Positions 46,187-56,735 of a stretch of DNA of 64,000 nt are shown one piece after another. The position numbers were made by a program, and so were the translations under genes. The DNA is taken from positions 6,907 through 70,906 of IMG/VR virus record IMGVR_UViG_3300038974_000325; one strand, written 5' to 3'. Numbering within the stretch: position 1 is the stretch's first letter; each line of letters begins with the position of its first letter. The DNA is from a virus. Its lineage: Duplodnaviria > Caudoviricetes. Under the pieces are notes generated by a model. That model worked only from the letters and a program-made list of their open reading frames with translations. It searched no databases and was not told where the DNA came from.

Positions 46187-49100
46187 CTAAAATTCTATGC
46201 ACATCTGGTCGCCTTTCCCGCAAACAACTCTGAGTTCTTCTTGTTCGGCGACTTTCTGGCTTACACTTTCCTTTGGCAGTTCAATGACAACAGGCGGTTT
46301 TTGCCGTTCTGCGTCAAGGATTTTCTTTGCAACCGCCACTTCTGGGTTTCGCATATCCGCTTGCCTCAATAGGTCTGCAACAGTAGCAAACTTCGCAACC
46401 TTATTGATAGCGTGATGAATAGCGTCTCGCTTCATGGTGTTTATGTCGTGCATCTCTGAGTCAATCGTCTGACTGGTGAGCAAGTAGTATATCATAACTT
46501 TCTTGTCTTGACCAGGACGTATGCACCGATATTCCGCTTGGTCTGTTATTTCTGGCGTATAGGCTAAATCCATAAAGACTACATGGTTTGCTGCGGTTAT
46601 CGTGTATCCTCGGTTAAGGATATTTGAACCCGTTACAAGAACCTGATACCCATTGTCTGAGAACTCCTTGATTTCATCAAACCTATCATTGACCTGAACT
46701 CCAGCATCAATATACTTTACCTTATATCCAATCCCACGCAGATACTTGCAAACGTATGCCTGACAGTCCCGTATTCCAGAGAACACAATTAGCTTTTCTT
46801 TTTTTGCAGTTGCGTCTTTAACTATCTTTGTGAGTTCTTCTATCTTAGACCAAACGTGGTTTGACGGAAGCTTGCAGTTAGGATAAGCATACTTCGGCTC
46901 ATCCATTATCAGCATATCCGAAACTGGTATAGTAGCTGCGAACCTCAGTTTCCATAGGCACATTGAAACAACTCCCATGTTTACGGTCTCTTTGGATAGC
47001 TCGAAATTAAGGACTTTCTTTGCCCACTCTTCAATCTCCCCATACAGACTCATGTGTTCCAAGTCCATGTCGCACCAGACTATTTTACGTTCTCTTGGGA
47101 TTTTCTTTAGCTCCTCTATATCATCCGAGAGCCTTCTTACGGTAAATGGAGTTATCAGCCTCCAAAACCTGCTTAGGTTACTCACAGATGGGAGCAGCTT
47201 TTTCCGTCCCTGTTTTCTTTTCCTTACCGAAGCATCGCCCATTTCCGACAAGTATTCTTTGGACACTATCTCGTAAGAGCCAAACTCATCAAGAAACTCT
47301 TTTGCCTCATCTCTGCTAAAGTAGAACACTGGGTTGTTATAGCCCATCAACCAGCCAAAGTTAAGGAAAACATCAGACACATAATTCTTCATGATTGTTC
47401 CAGTGAGCATCAATCTGCTTTTTGCCTTGAGTGCTCTGGTTGCCTCTCCCCTCAATGACCTGTTTGCATAGTTCTGGCTTTCATCCGTTATCACGCAAGT
47501 GAACATCTTTTTCAACCGCTTATATGCAGGATATTGCCTGATACCCGTTATTCCCTTAAACGTTCCGTATGAATAGGCTGAATACTTACATTCATGGCAA
47601 TACCTGCCAGTCCATCCGCTTCTTTTGTCATAAGTAGCTCCGCATTTTGGGCAAACCTTTACCTGCGTCTCATACTTATGACCCTTTGAACAGGACTGCT
47701 TTCTGCAAGTTTCCTCGTGTATCTTGATGCCATCGCCATCAAATCTTTCGCATTTCCATTCGTCATATACCCTTCCACCATCGAGAGACAAGAACTCTTG
47801 CCCGATAACAAAGAACTCCGTCTGATGTGGCTTAAAATCCTTTCTCTTGAAGCGGGAAACAAATACATCTACATCGTCATGGTCTTTGAGAGCAGTTGCC
47901 TTGAACCCAAACTTAACTGCTTCGTTGCACCAGTTATCCACAAGCGAGCCTTGACATACTATCAACACCCTCTGATACTGTCGAAGCGTGGCATAGCAAT
48001 AAGCCATCAACGTGTTGTGAGCAAGAACATTGTTTGCAACATAATTGTGATTATCCTCTACCTCTAAGTCGTAAACATAATCATCATAAATAACGTCATC
48101 TATTGATACAACCTTAACATAAGTAACATCAGACACCAGCCTGCGATTTAACTCTAATGCTATATTGAGAATTGCAGTTCTGTCTGCATTCTTATATCTT
48201 TCAATGTTTTTGCGATAAAACAGGTTCTTGCTTGCTTTTTCTAATTTTTCCTGAAACGAGGGATTGAGAAACTCATATATCTTTTCAATAACACATTCTA
48301 CTGTCTTGGGATTTGCTATTTTAGAAACATTCCATTTGCCAGAATAAGTGCTTTCAAATAAGTTAGAAAATCCCCAAAACTTTGACTTCCATCCGCTTTT
48401 TTCTATAAGCAGGTTAAAAAGGTCATAAACGTATATTCCATGAAGGTTGCTATTGGTCTCACAAGATACGGCTATATAGTCTCCAACTTCATACTCATTT
48501 GTCCATCCTTTTCTGGCTTCAAGTAGTTTGTGAGCTTGGGTTATTGTTATAGAATCACCAGTAGATAGCAAGACTTTCTTTAAGATAGTGTTTACTCGCT
48601 CTCGATATAGTGACGTAACTTGCTTGCTTTCAATGGTTCTGCTTGATTCGTTATACGAATTTACATACAGCGGAATTGTCGGCTTCGTCCAAATGCCACC
48701 ATCTGCATCGGCTATTTCTGTTGTGCTGTATTTCTCGTAAACATCTGATATTCTTGCAAGAGTGCCGTTCACTTCAACCAATGTATCTTTTTCATTGCAT
48801 TTTCCCGCTCCCATCTCAAATCCAATATAGACGTTCTTCTTGGTCAAGATACGTGCAAGGTCTTCTGCTTGGTAATCAAAGAGAAAGGGAAAGCGTTTAG
48901 CAATCTCTTTTGCCCAGAACTCAACTCTGTGGGGATATGCTTCGGATACGCTCTTTACGGTGGGCAACCCAAACACAGTGACAAGTTCTTCAATCAGTTC
49001 AGCCTCTGACTCTGGGTATTCTATAACTCCAGCTTCACTGCTTACATTGATTTGCAAGAACCCCCTATCGAGACTCGTCTTTTCTACGAACTCACCTTTC

Positions 49101-50419
49101 GAGTCTTTGCCGTCTTCCTCAGATACCTTCTCCTCTGAGCGAACCCAAGTCGGTTTGAACAAATACTTCTTTCCTTTCTGATACAACAGCTTTCCAGTTG
49201 AGGAACTTACGTATGTCTTTCTTGCTTCGTATAGCTCATTCCGATAATAGGCAAGCAGTTCGTGTGCTTTGGGCTGATAAAGTGGAGTTGCTTCGTATCT
49301 CCATTTCTCCCTGAGTGCATCAAACATCTCACGTTCTTTGTCGGACATTGATATTGAAAGACCAAGCTTACTCCCAAACTCAACAGCTTTAGTCGCTCCG
49401 TTGCGTATAAGCGAGGGAACGCTAAAGTAAGCCTTCGTTATGCCTGTCGGCTTGCCAACAACTGGGTTATACGTTTCAATGCCAGAGTCGTCATAGAAGC
49501 CAAGCAATGCCCTGTCAACAAGGCATCCAGACAACCCTTTGGAAGTTATCACAACCCCATTGCTGTCGTCTTCATATTCTATCAACCTCGAAAAGTCTGG
49601 TATCGTGGAAACGTCTCGTTTGTCCCAGTCTTGTATGGATATATTCAACTTCGCATAAGAGCCATAGTAATCAACCAGAAAGTGCTTTACCACATTTGGC
49701 AGCGTTTCAAGCGTAGCTTCATAAGCATAGGGACTTGAGGGATAAGGCTGCATCCCACCACCATAGGAATACGCTTGCTTTTTAACCAATAGAACAAGGT
49801 CTGTTTCAACGTCTATCCCGTATTCTTCCTTGAACCCGTTCTTCACCGTTATCTTGGCAAATACATTGAACTTGGAAAACAGATAGTTCCTCAAGGCTGC
49901 ATCTTTTGCGTTACTCCAAGTAGTGGTGGGTAAGATTACTACTGCAACTCCCCTGCCATAACTGGGCATCGCCATGTTCATCATTTCGATAAAGGCTGTT
50001 TGCGACTCAATAACTTCCTCTCCAGTTTCAAAGTAGTTATCGCCAACATCAAGCCTTACTCCAAATGGGGGGTTCATAACCACGCAATGGAACTTGCCAA
50101 CAGCTAATCTGTCCCCAGTAAAGTAATCCACTGCATTTCCGCACCTTGCAACCTTAGTTCCAAGAACTCTTTTGAGCTTCTCATACATTAGCTCGTTATA
50201 CTCAATCCCGATGATGTCAAAACCGTTCTTTTTGAATGGAAGCAATAGCCTCCCTCCTCCTGCACATGGGTCAAGAACGTTTGGCTTGTTGCCTGAGAAC
50301 TCACAAATACCAGTTATCATCTCATAGGCAGCATTCGCCATTTGTGCTGGAGTTTCGTAAAGACCGTCCCGTGCTTTCGACTTCTGAAACCACATCAGGT
50401 CATTTCTTTCTTCTTCCAC
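46187..50419 (-). CDS. N6-adenine methyltransferase-SNF2 helicase fusion (DarB-like) with intein
   Basis: VLDPCAGGG (motif I) and NPPF (motif IV); EMGAGK|T Walker A split by the intein; ITDESQ, LMLTGT, RGYTITAANHVVFMDL and AEYRCIRPGQ SNF2 motifs. Confidence 0.88.
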   Translation of the reverse strand: MEEERNDLMWFQKSKARDGLYETPAQMANAAYEMITGICEFSGNKPNVLDPCAGGGRLLLPFKKNGFDIIGIEYNELMYEKLKRVLGTKVARCGNAVDYFTGDRLAVGKFHCVVMNPPFGVRLDVGDNYFETGEEVIESQTAFIEMMNMAMPSYGRGVAVVILPTTTWSNAKDAALRNYLFSKFNVFAKITVKNGFKEEYGIDVETDLVLLVKKQAYSYGGGMQPYPSSPYAYEATLETLPNVVKHFLVDYYGSYAKLNISIQDWDKRDVSTIPDFSRLIEYEDDSNGVVITSKGLSGCLVDRALLGFYDDSGIETYNPVVGKPTGITKAYFSVPSLIRNGATKAVEFGSKLGLSISMSDKEREMFDALREKWRYEATPLYQPKAHELLAYYRNELYEARKTYVSSSTGKLLYQKGKKYLFKPTWVRSEEKVSEEDGKDSKGEFVEKTSLDRGFLQINVSSEAGVIEYPESEAELIEELVTVFGLPTVKSVSEAYPHRVEFWAKEIAKRFPFLFDYQAEDLARILTKKNVYIGFEMGAGKCNEKDTLVEVNGTLARISDVYEKYSTTEIADADGGIWTKPTIPLYVNSYNESSRTIESKQVTSLYRERVNTILKKVLLSTGDSITITQAHKLLEARKGWTNEYEVGDYIAVSCETNSNLHGIYVYDLFNLLIEKSGWKSKFWGFSNLFESTYSGKWNVSKIANPKTVECVIEKIYEFLNPSFQEKLEKASKNLFYRKNIERYKNADRTAILNIALELNRRLVSDVTYVKVVSIDDVIYDDYVYDLEVEDNHNYVANNVLAHNTLMAYCYATLRQYQRVLIVCQGSLVDNWCNEAVKFGFKATALKDHDDVDVFVSRFKRKDFKPHQTEFFVIGQEFLSLDGGRVYDEWKCERFDGDGIKIHEETCRKQSCSKGHKYETQVKVCPKCGATYDKRSGWTGRYCHECKYSAYSYGTFKGITGIRQYPAYKRLKKMFTCVITDESQNYANRSLRGEATRALKAKSRLMLTGTIMKNYVSDVFLNFGWLMGYNNPVFYFSRDEAKEFLDEFGSYEIVSKEYLSEMGDASVRKRKQGRKKLLPSVSNLSRFWRLITPFTVRRLSDDIEELKKIPRERKIVWCDMDLEHMSLYGEIEEWAKKVLNFELSKETVNMGVVSMCLWKLRFAATIPVSDMLIMDEPKYAYPNCKLPSNHVWSKIEELTKIVKDATAKKEKLIVFSGIRDCQAYVCKYLRGIGYKVKYIDAGVQVNDRFDEIKEFSDNGYQVLVTGSNILNRGYTITAANHVVFMDLAYTPEITDQAEYRCIRPGQDKKVMIYYLLTSQTIDSEMHDINTMKRDAIHHAINKVAKFATVADLLRQADMRNPEVAVAKKILDAERQKPPVVIELPKESVSQKVAEQEELRVVCGKGDQMCIEF
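48014..48799 (-). other. Intein (262 aa) in the helicase Walker A
   Basis: Starts CNEKDTLV after GAGK and ends VYDLEVEDNHNYVANNVLAHN before T; no LAGLIDADG motif seen in the central insert. Confidence 0.92.
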
Positions 50420-50924
50420 TAAGCACCTCTTTTATCTCCTGAATTTCGTGGTCGTCTTCTGCATAGAAATATGAATAATCATACATCCTGCCAACAAGGG
50501 TCTGACCATCAACCTCTTGTTGCAACTGCCCAATTTTCCTTGTGAGCAGGGGAACTGTTTGGGCTATATTCCTGTCCGTTGGCTCTACTCCAATCCTATC
50601 GAGAAAGTCTCTTATGCCAAGATACAAACATCCCTCTGTTGTTTTTGCAACATAAGCTTGCTTCTTCCCATAGAACTTTTCGCTATGCTTAAAATAGGTT
50701 GAGTTGTAAACAACGAACAATGGCTGTTTACCCTTTACCTTAAAACGGTAAACCTTCCAAGACCCCGATGGTAAGTATTCCTGAGAAATACTTCCAGACC
50801 TTCCAACAACTATGGCAAAGATGAGTTCTCTGTTATAGCTGAGACCCTCAAGCATCTGCCAAGTATGGTTGCCAATCGAGGCATAGGTTCTACCGTTGTG
50901 TCTAAATGTTACAATCTGTCCCAT
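50400..50924 (-). CDS. Hypothetical early protein
   Basis: First gene after cassette P6; SD AAGGAG. Confidence 0.6.
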   Translation of the reverse strand: MGQIVTFRHNGRTYASIGNHTWQMLEGLSYNRELIFAIVVGRSGSISQEYLPSGSWKVYRFKVKGKQPLFVVYNSTYFKHSEKFYGKKQAYVAKTTEGCLYLGIRDFLDRIGVEPTDRNIAQTVPLLTRKIGQLQQEVDGQTLVGRMYDYSYFYAEDDHEIQEIKEVLSGRRKK

Positions 50925-50927
50925 TGC

Positions 50928-51000
50928 AACTCCTTATGATATAAGTGTTTATAGTTTCAATTATGACCATCATGCCTTGACCGTCAAGTTTTTTTTTGCT
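50928..51000 (-). promoter_or_regulatory. Repeated promoter cassette, copy P6
   Basis: TTGACGGTC, 16-nt spacer, CATAAT...TAAGGAG. Confidence 0.7.
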
Positions 51001-51271
51001 TTCTTTCTAACACTATCTTCCCAGATAACAACCCATTCTTTGCGTCTTTGATTATCTGTTTCGACACCTCTTTGCTTGCTGCCTCTTCTTCGCTTAGTTC
51101 CCTGCATACTATAAAGCCGTTCTTTGCTTCTCTAATCGCACAGCCAGTTCCCTTTTTAGAAAGGTAATCTATTATGCTTTGGCACTCTCTCTTTGATTTA
51201 AGTATTCTTGAGACAATATATGGATATGCTATCATTTCTCTTGCTCCGATGATATATACTGATTGAAACAT
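50984..51271 (-). CDS. Hypothetical protein
   Basis: About 80-95-aa ORF; start uncertain. Confidence 0.5.
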   Translation of the reverse strand: MFQSVYIIGAREMIAYPYIVSRILKSKRECQSIIDYLSKKGTGCAIREAKNGFIVCRELSEEEAASKEVSKQIIKDAKNGLLSGKIVLERKQKKT

Positions 51272-51609
51272 TCAACTATCATGTTTTTCTTTGTTTCAAA
51301 GGCTTTCATCGTTGCATTGATAGCGTCAACATAAGCCTGAACCTCTTCGTAGCAAGAAGCAACAAAATATCCAGACACACCAGTTCCATCAGAACCATCA
51401 TAGCTGATAATCGGCAGGATTTTCTTCTTTACCGCTGTCGTCATTATCAGCCTTATGCTTCTTGGGCTAATCCCGAACCGCCGTGCTATTTCTTTTGCGT
51501 TTATTGCGTTCTGAGAGCCTATGCGTCCACGCATAAAATCTATAACCTTAAAGAGGTTCTCGTTCACCTCAGCTTCAACTTGCGACTTAACTTGGTTCAT
51601 TTTCATCAT
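51232..51609 (-). CDS. Winged-HTH DNA-binding protein
   Basis: NAINAKEIARRFGISPRSIRLIM...GYFVA. Confidence 0.65.
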   Translation of the reverse strand: MMKMNQVKSQVEAEVNENLFKVIDFMRGRIGSQNAINAKEIARRFGISPRSIRLIMTTAVKKKILPIISYDGSDGTGVSGYFVASCYEEVQAYVDAINATMKAFETKKNMIVECFNQYISSEQEK

Positions 51610-53500
51610 CTCCTATAACCTTTATCGTCTTCAAGAACCATGACTCATTCATTACATCGTTTGCATTCTTTTCAGCATACCCGCTAAGGAACAGCTTTTC
51701 TTTCGCCCTTGTGATTGCCACATAAAACAATCTCATCTCTTCAAGCTCTTCTCCATTTCCGTGAGGAAGCAGTCCGTTGCTGACCCCACATACAAACACT
51801 GCCTTTGCTTCAAGACCTTTTGCTTTGTGAATTGTCATAACGTTTACAGATGATTTTGCTCCGCTTTCTCGCTTCTTGGTGACGAAATCCACGTGAGCGA
51901 GATAATCTTCTATGGTTTTATACTTTCTCGCATTATAGCTCATTTCGTCAAGGATTTCTATCTTCCTGTAAATAGCATCTTGGCTTGCCTCAACATCGTC
52001 TATCGAGCTTTTAACCCAATCATCATATCCAACTTCTTTCCTAATTCTCTCGATTACGTCTCCAACGTTGTCTGCAACTTTGGAATACCCGATTATACTT
52101 CGTATCTGGCTATACATATACCTTGCCTGACTTTCAGCAAAACTACCGCTATAACGATAACACAATGACTCGTAGCAATCCACGCCATTCATGCTTTGCT
52201 GTTTCCATTCCTCTACGAATACAGTTCCAAGCTTTCTGGGCGGTTTATTGAATATCCGCACGTATGACTCTGGCGACTTGTGTGGGTTTGCAGCAATTCT
52301 GAGATAAGCAAGCATATCCCGAACCTCTTTGTTATCGTAAAACGAGTTATCGCCAAAAACCACATACGGTATCTTTGCCATCGAGAAAGCCTCTTCAATC
52401 GCTCTCGATTGGGCATTGGTTCTGTAAATAACCTTGAAATCTTGAGGCTTGATATGGTTCACCCTCATTTGGTGCATTATCTCGTTTGCTATTTCTTCTG
52501 CCTCTGTATCTGAGGTGTCGAAGTGACCAAGATAAACCACATCCCCGCCCTCTTTAAGGGATACAGTTTTAGACCCGCCCAATACGTCTATCAGCAGGTT
52601 TGCTTTTTCAACTATTTTACTGCAACAGCGATAGGTGTTAGACAGGGACATACGCTTCACGTTTGGATAGTGCTTTTCAATGCCTTCTATGTAATCTGGT
52701 CTTGCACCCCTAAACGAGTAAATTGCTTGATTCTTGTCCCCAATAATGAAAAGCAGTTTTGCTTTTTCAGACAAAATCTTGACCATCCTTGCTTGAGCAG
52801 TATTCGTGTCTTGGAACTCGTCCACCATGATGTAATCCCAACGTTTTTGCCACTTTTCTCTTACGCTTGGTATCGAAAGAAGGTCGTGTGCTATGGTCAA
52901 CATATCGTCAAAGTCTATTAAGCCATCCTTCTTTTTGGCTTCTTCGTAGCGTTCATATACGCTGCATATCCACATTAGGTTTTCTTGCTTAGTGGATTGA
53001 AGGAATGTTCTCAGCCCCATCGGGGAAAGCAGTTCGTTTTTAGCCCTGCTTATCGAAGCATAGGCTATAAAGGGGTTCTTTCCTTCTTTCCCGATTACCT
53101 TAACAACTTGGTCGTATGCTTCCTTCATCATTTTCTTTTGCTGCCACTCAAGAATAAGCTTGATGTCTGTATAGGTGTGGGCAAGCAACATCCTTTCTTT
53201 CCTGATGATAGAATAGAATATCGAGTGCATAGTTCCAACGCTTATCTTTGATGCGTCTTCTCTACTAAGCATATTCTTTAGCCTGTCACCAAGTTCGCTT
53301 CCAGCTTTCTTGGTAAAGGTAAAGCACAGTATTTTCTCTGGGTTTACCCCGCTTTCTACCAAATACGCAACCTTGTGAGTCATTGCAAACGTTTTTCCAG
53401 AGCCAGCAACCGCCGTGCAGCATACCACTCCTTCATTGGTCAAAACTACTCGTTTTTGCTCTTCATTGAGCGAGTCAAGTTCAAACATCTTTCCTTCCAA
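51587..53500 (-). CDS. UvrD/PcrA-like SF1 DNA helicase
   Basis: LNEEQKRVV, AVAGSGKT, VDEFQD, GDKNQAIYSFRGA, MTIHKAKGLE, FYVAITRAK. Confidence 0.95.
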   Translation of the reverse strand: MEGKMFELDSLNEEQKRVVLTNEGVVCCTAVAGSGKTFAMTHKVAYLVESGVNPEKILCFTFTKKAGSELGDRLKNMLSREDASKISVGTMHSIFYSIIRKERMLLAHTYTDIKLILEWQQKKMMKEAYDQVVKVIGKEGKNPFIAYASISRAKNELLSPMGLRTFLQSTKQENLMWICSVYERYEEAKKKDGLIDFDDMLTIAHDLLSIPSVREKWQKRWDYIMVDEFQDTNTAQARMVKILSEKAKLLFIIGDKNQAIYSFRGARPDYIEGIEKHYPNVKRMSLSNTYRCCSKIVEKANLLIDVLGGSKTVSLKEGGDVVYLGHFDTSDTEAEEIANEIMHQMRVNHIKPQDFKVIYRTNAQSRAIEEAFSMAKIPYVVFGDNSFYDNKEVRDMLAYLRIAANPHKSPESYVRIFNKPPRKLGTVFVEEWKQQSMNGVDCYESLCYRYSGSFAESQARYMYSQIRSIIGYSKVADNVGDVIERIRKEVGYDDWVKSSIDDVEASQDAIYRKIEILDEMSYNARKYKTIEDYLAHVDFVTKKRESGAKSSVNVMTIHKAKGLEAKAVFVCGVSNGLLPHGNGEELEEMRLFYVAITRAKEKLFLSGYAEKNANDVMNESWFLKTIKVIGDDENEPS

Positions 53501-53678
53501 AAAGGTCGCATCTGCCTTTTCTCGGAACTATCGAATAGAGAAGCCTGTCGCAGTTTTGTGGAAGCTTGGTATTAGCGTTACTACCATATCTGCATATACC
53601 GCAGGTTTCACCACTTACCGATGAGTTCTTCTCGTAATTCGGCAACTGGTGTGCATATTCGTAAACTGTCTTTTCCAT
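53481..53678 (-). CDS. Small Cys-rich protein
   Basis: CGICRY...CD...CDLF. Confidence 0.5.
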   Translation of the reverse strand: MEKTVYEYAHQLPNYEKNSSVSGETCGICRYGSNANTKLPQNCDRLLYSIVPRKGRCDLFGRKDV

Positions 53679-53686
53679 TCATTCTC

Positions 53687-54523
53687 CTAACAAAATGGCT
53701 TATTGCTCATCTTAATTCTCAGTGTATCGTGTCTCTTGAGCCGTGCTACTATTCGTTTGCCAGCCCGTTCCATAACGTTGTGATATTCCACGTCGTTCTT
53801 GTCGCTTGGGTCTATATTGGAAGTGAAAACCATTATCTTCCCGTTTTCCGAACAGTATTCTATCAAGCTATACATCCTCTCATACTTCCAAAGCGGACAC
53901 TCCCTGTCTATGAAGTTGAACAAAAGAAACTCATCCCAAAAGACCACCCGTGCAGCCTTAAAGAGATTAAAGATGTCGCTTTCTTTTTCTTTGGAGTTCT
54001 TATCCCAAGAAAACCTAATCCTGTCAAACAACTGAGACTCGTTTACGTATAAGGTCGGAACGCTTTTCTCTATCAGCATATTTATAGCAGCACCAACCAA
54101 GAACGACTTGCCAACTGAATTGTCGCCATACAGGTAAAGCCAGCACCTATTTGAAAGAACCTTCTTAACCCTATCAAACGCAAGTTCAGCACCGCTTCTA
54201 ACAACAAGTTCCTCAAACCTTGCTGTCTTGATATTTTCTGGTATCTCTGCCCGTCTGTAAAGGGTTTCTGTTCTTTGCTTTTCTTCATGCTTCTTTTTAG
54301 CCTCAAGGCGTTCGGCTTCCTTCTTTTCTTCCGCTTCCTTGCAGGAAGGACAATATCCCTTTCTATACTTATCTCCAGTTTTCTTTAACATCCACGAGAT
54401 ATTGACAACCCAATTCGTGTTTTCACTACCACATTCTTCGCAAATCCACTTATCTGATGGTGCATCTTTCAAAAGTTCATCCATATTGTAGCCATGAACC
54501 CCAGTCATAAACTCTTTCATCAA
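53687..54523 (-). CDS. DnaC/IstB-like ATPase (helicase loader)
   Basis: CEEC...CPSC Zn finger; LYLYGDNSVGKS; VVFWDE; FTSN...GKRIVARL. Confidence 0.85.
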   Translation of the reverse strand: MMKEFMTGVHGYNMDELLKDAPSDKWICEECGSENTNWVVNISWMLKKTGDKYRKGYCPSCKEAEEKKEAERLEAKKKHEEKQRTETLYRRAEIPENIKTARFEELVVRSGAELAFDRVKKVLSNRCWLYLYGDNSVGKSFLVGAAINMLIEKSVPTLYVNESQLFDRIRFSWDKNSKEKESDIFNLFKAARVVFWDEFLLFNFIDRECPLWKYERMYSLIEYCSENGKIMVFTSNIDPSDKNDVEYHNVMERAGKRIVARLKRHDTLRIKMSNKPFC

Positions 54524-55278
54524 TACCCCTCTCTTGTTTTCGCTATATTGGTCTCTGTGGGCACTTTATTCTCCTGATTGATTAGTGGTTGTTTCAAATA
54601 GTTATTATTTTTCAGGTGCATCACGTGTTGCATCGAGATAACCCGTTTCAGCGATGTGGTTATCTTATCCCTGCTTACATCGTGTTTTTTTCCAGAATAA
54701 TACACAATTCCAGTCTCATACATAGCCACTATTTCCGTAATTGCCTCTGACACATTAAGGTTAAGGGGAACTACTCCCTTGTCGTATTGACTTCGTGTCC
54801 CAAACTTCAATGCGTAGTCACAAACAAGCTTTTTCTCTTCATCACTTAGGGTGCATCCATCAAGTATTTCTGATACTCCCTTCGGCTTTTCACTTACAAC
54901 TCGATAGCAGTCTATAAGGTTCTTATATCTGTCAGATTTTCCGATATACTTTTCAAGGAAGTCAACGTAATCCTTCCTCGTATATCCATTTACCTTTCTG
55001 AACCTTTCTACGTCTAACGAATTAAGCTCCCTCGAGAAATACTCATGCCACGAAGTAAACACATAAAACTCACCTATGGCATACATCACGTTGTGTTCAA
55101 TGGCTTCATCCACATATTTCAGGGGAACTAAGTCGCTTACAGATACAGGTTTTCCATTGAGGTCACAAATCACACCAACAAGCAATGCGTTTTCAGCATA
55201 CAGCTTTAAGGCGTATAACACAGCCCGTGACCTTTCGTCCATTGATTGCACAAGTTTCTTAAACATCTTTCGCTCCAA
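54520..55278 (-). CDS. Putative replication-associated protein
   Basis: Directly upstream of the DnaC-like gene; no clear motif. Confidence 0.45.
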   Translation of the reverse strand: MERKMFKKLVQSMDERSRAVLYALKLYAENALLVGVICDLNGKPVSVSDLVPLKYVDEAIEHNVMYAIGEFYVFTSWHEYFSRELNSLDVERFRKVNGYTRKDYVDFLEKYIGKSDRYKNLIDCYRVVSEKPKGVSEILDGCTLSDEEKKLVCDYALKFGTRSQYDKGVVPLNLNVSEAITEIVAMYETGIVYYSGKKHDVSRDKITTSLKRVISMQHVMHLKNNNYLKQPLINQENKVPTETNIAKTREGY

Positions 55279-55325
55279 TTAACGGTGGGAGACATATTTC
55301 AGCCTCCCACCAGTGGGACTCGTTT

Positions 55326-55841
55326 TTAGAATGGCACATCATTGTCTGATGGCATTGGAGCACCATCATCAGACGGCATCGGGGGGTCTTCAGAGCGAAT
55401 ATCGCTTGGGGTTACTTTGGAAGCCCCTACGCTTCCGCTAACCTGCTTGTTCTTTGCTGCATTGGTTTGGGAAATCCACGAGTTTACTTCACGTTTCTTG
55501 TTGTCGTATCCCTCGTTTTCCACCTCTTTGATTTTAACGAGAGCAAAGCGTCCAACATAGGCTTCTTCGTTTACGCTTTTTCCGTCAAGGATTACGTTCA
55601 GGTTGTGAGACCATCCCTTAACGTATGGCAGGGTTGCGGGGGTGAGATACTTGCGTTCTATGGTTTGCTTGCCAAAGAAATCGCCATCTTCTACGCATTC
55701 CCAAACCAGCCCTAAATAAAGCGTTCCGTTCTTGGATTTGCCCCAAGCTGCCTTGACGCATTTGCATTCAAATTGACCTTCTGGCAAGTATTCGCCAAGA
55801 ACCTTTTCCTCAACTTCGTTGAAATTAAAGTCCAGTATCAT
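55326..55841 (-). CDS. DUF669-family single-stranded DNA-binding protein
   Basis: LPEGQFECKC...SKNG..YL.L.W; acidic tail ending DNDVPF. Confidence 0.82.
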   Translation of the reverse strand: MILDFNFNEVEEKVLGEYLPEGQFECKCVKAAWGKSKNGTLYLGLVWECVEDGDFFGKQTIERKYLTPATLPYVKGWSHNLNVILDGKSVNEEAYVGRFALVKIKEVENEGYDNKKREVNSWISQTNAAKNKQVSGSVGASKVTPSDIRSEDPPMPSDDGAPMPSDNDVPF

Positions 55842-56668
55842 TTCTTATCTCCTTCTTTGGGTTTGGTTATTCTGTCTTTTCTTAACTTGTATGCGGTGCG
55901 ATACAGTTCCCCGATGTCTTGAGACACGGTGTCACCATAGATTTCTACAAGACCAGTAATTCTGCACTTTGCAGATACACGCTGATTGGGATTGATGCGT
56001 ATGACTCTCTGAACCTCTACAATTCCCTCTGCTGCGTCCCCGTATTCACGTTCCATCCTGCCAACAATGTCAAACATACCCATGATTTCACGGACTATTC
56101 TTTGACCCATTTGGGGATAGGTTCTTGTTACAGATGTCCCAGTCTCGTCTCGCTCCTCGATAATCTGTTCGTGAGCTATTGCGGTAACGTAGAGACCACT
56201 GAGCTTGAGGTCTCTGATTGTCCGCATATACTCTTTCATCTTTTGCGTGGAGTCGCCATACTCTTTAAGAGTCATGAATGATTTCCCTCTGGTCTTCATG
56301 AGTCCTATCTGCATATAGCGTTCAAGCTCTGAGATATTGTCAATTACCACGTTCGTAAGCTTCGATGTGTCTATCTTTAGCTTACCTATAACAATCTGCT
56401 CCTTGTGCTGGATTGCATCCATAACCTGTTTCAGGGCAACCAGAGAGTCTTTCCCGCTTGCCGATGAGAAGTTGATTATCGCAATATCCTTGCCAATGAG
56501 CGGTTCGTCCCCACCTTCAAACCCAATATAAAGGGTCGTCTTTTCGGGGAGAAAGTTTACTGCGTGGGTCTTCCCAATGCCTGGCTCTCCGTATAGTATC
56601 ATAGTTAAGCCATACAATTCTGAGGACTCCCCAGTTTTTGCGGTTACTGCTTGTGACTTGATTTCCAT
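55838..56668 (-). CDS. Sak4-like ssDNA annealing ATPase (AAA_24)
   Basis: ILYGEPGIGKT, VVIDNISE, TAIAHE, MFDIVG. Confidence 0.85.
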   Translation of the reverse strand: MEIKSQAVTAKTGESSELYGLTMILYGEPGIGKTHAVNFLPEKTTLYIGFEGGDEPLIGKDIAIINFSSASGKDSLVALKQVMDAIQHKEQIVIGKLKIDTSKLTNVVIDNISELERYMQIGLMKTRGKSFMTLKEYGDSTQKMKEYMRTIRDLKLSGLYVTAIAHEQIIEERDETGTSVTRTYPQMGQRIVREIMGMFDIVGRMEREYGDAAEGIVEVQRVIRINPNQRVSAKCRITGLVEIYGDTVSQDIGELYRTAYKLRKDRITKPKEGDKK

Positions 56669-56673
56669 CTTGG

Positions 56674-56735
56674 AAACCTCCTTATGATGTAAGTGATGTT
56701 TTCAATTTATGAGACCGTTCCAGACCGTCAAGATT
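56674..56735 (-). promoter_or_regulatory. Repeated promoter cassette, copy P7
   Basis: TTGACGGTC, 16-nt spacer, TAAATT...TAAGGAGG. Confidence 0.65.
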
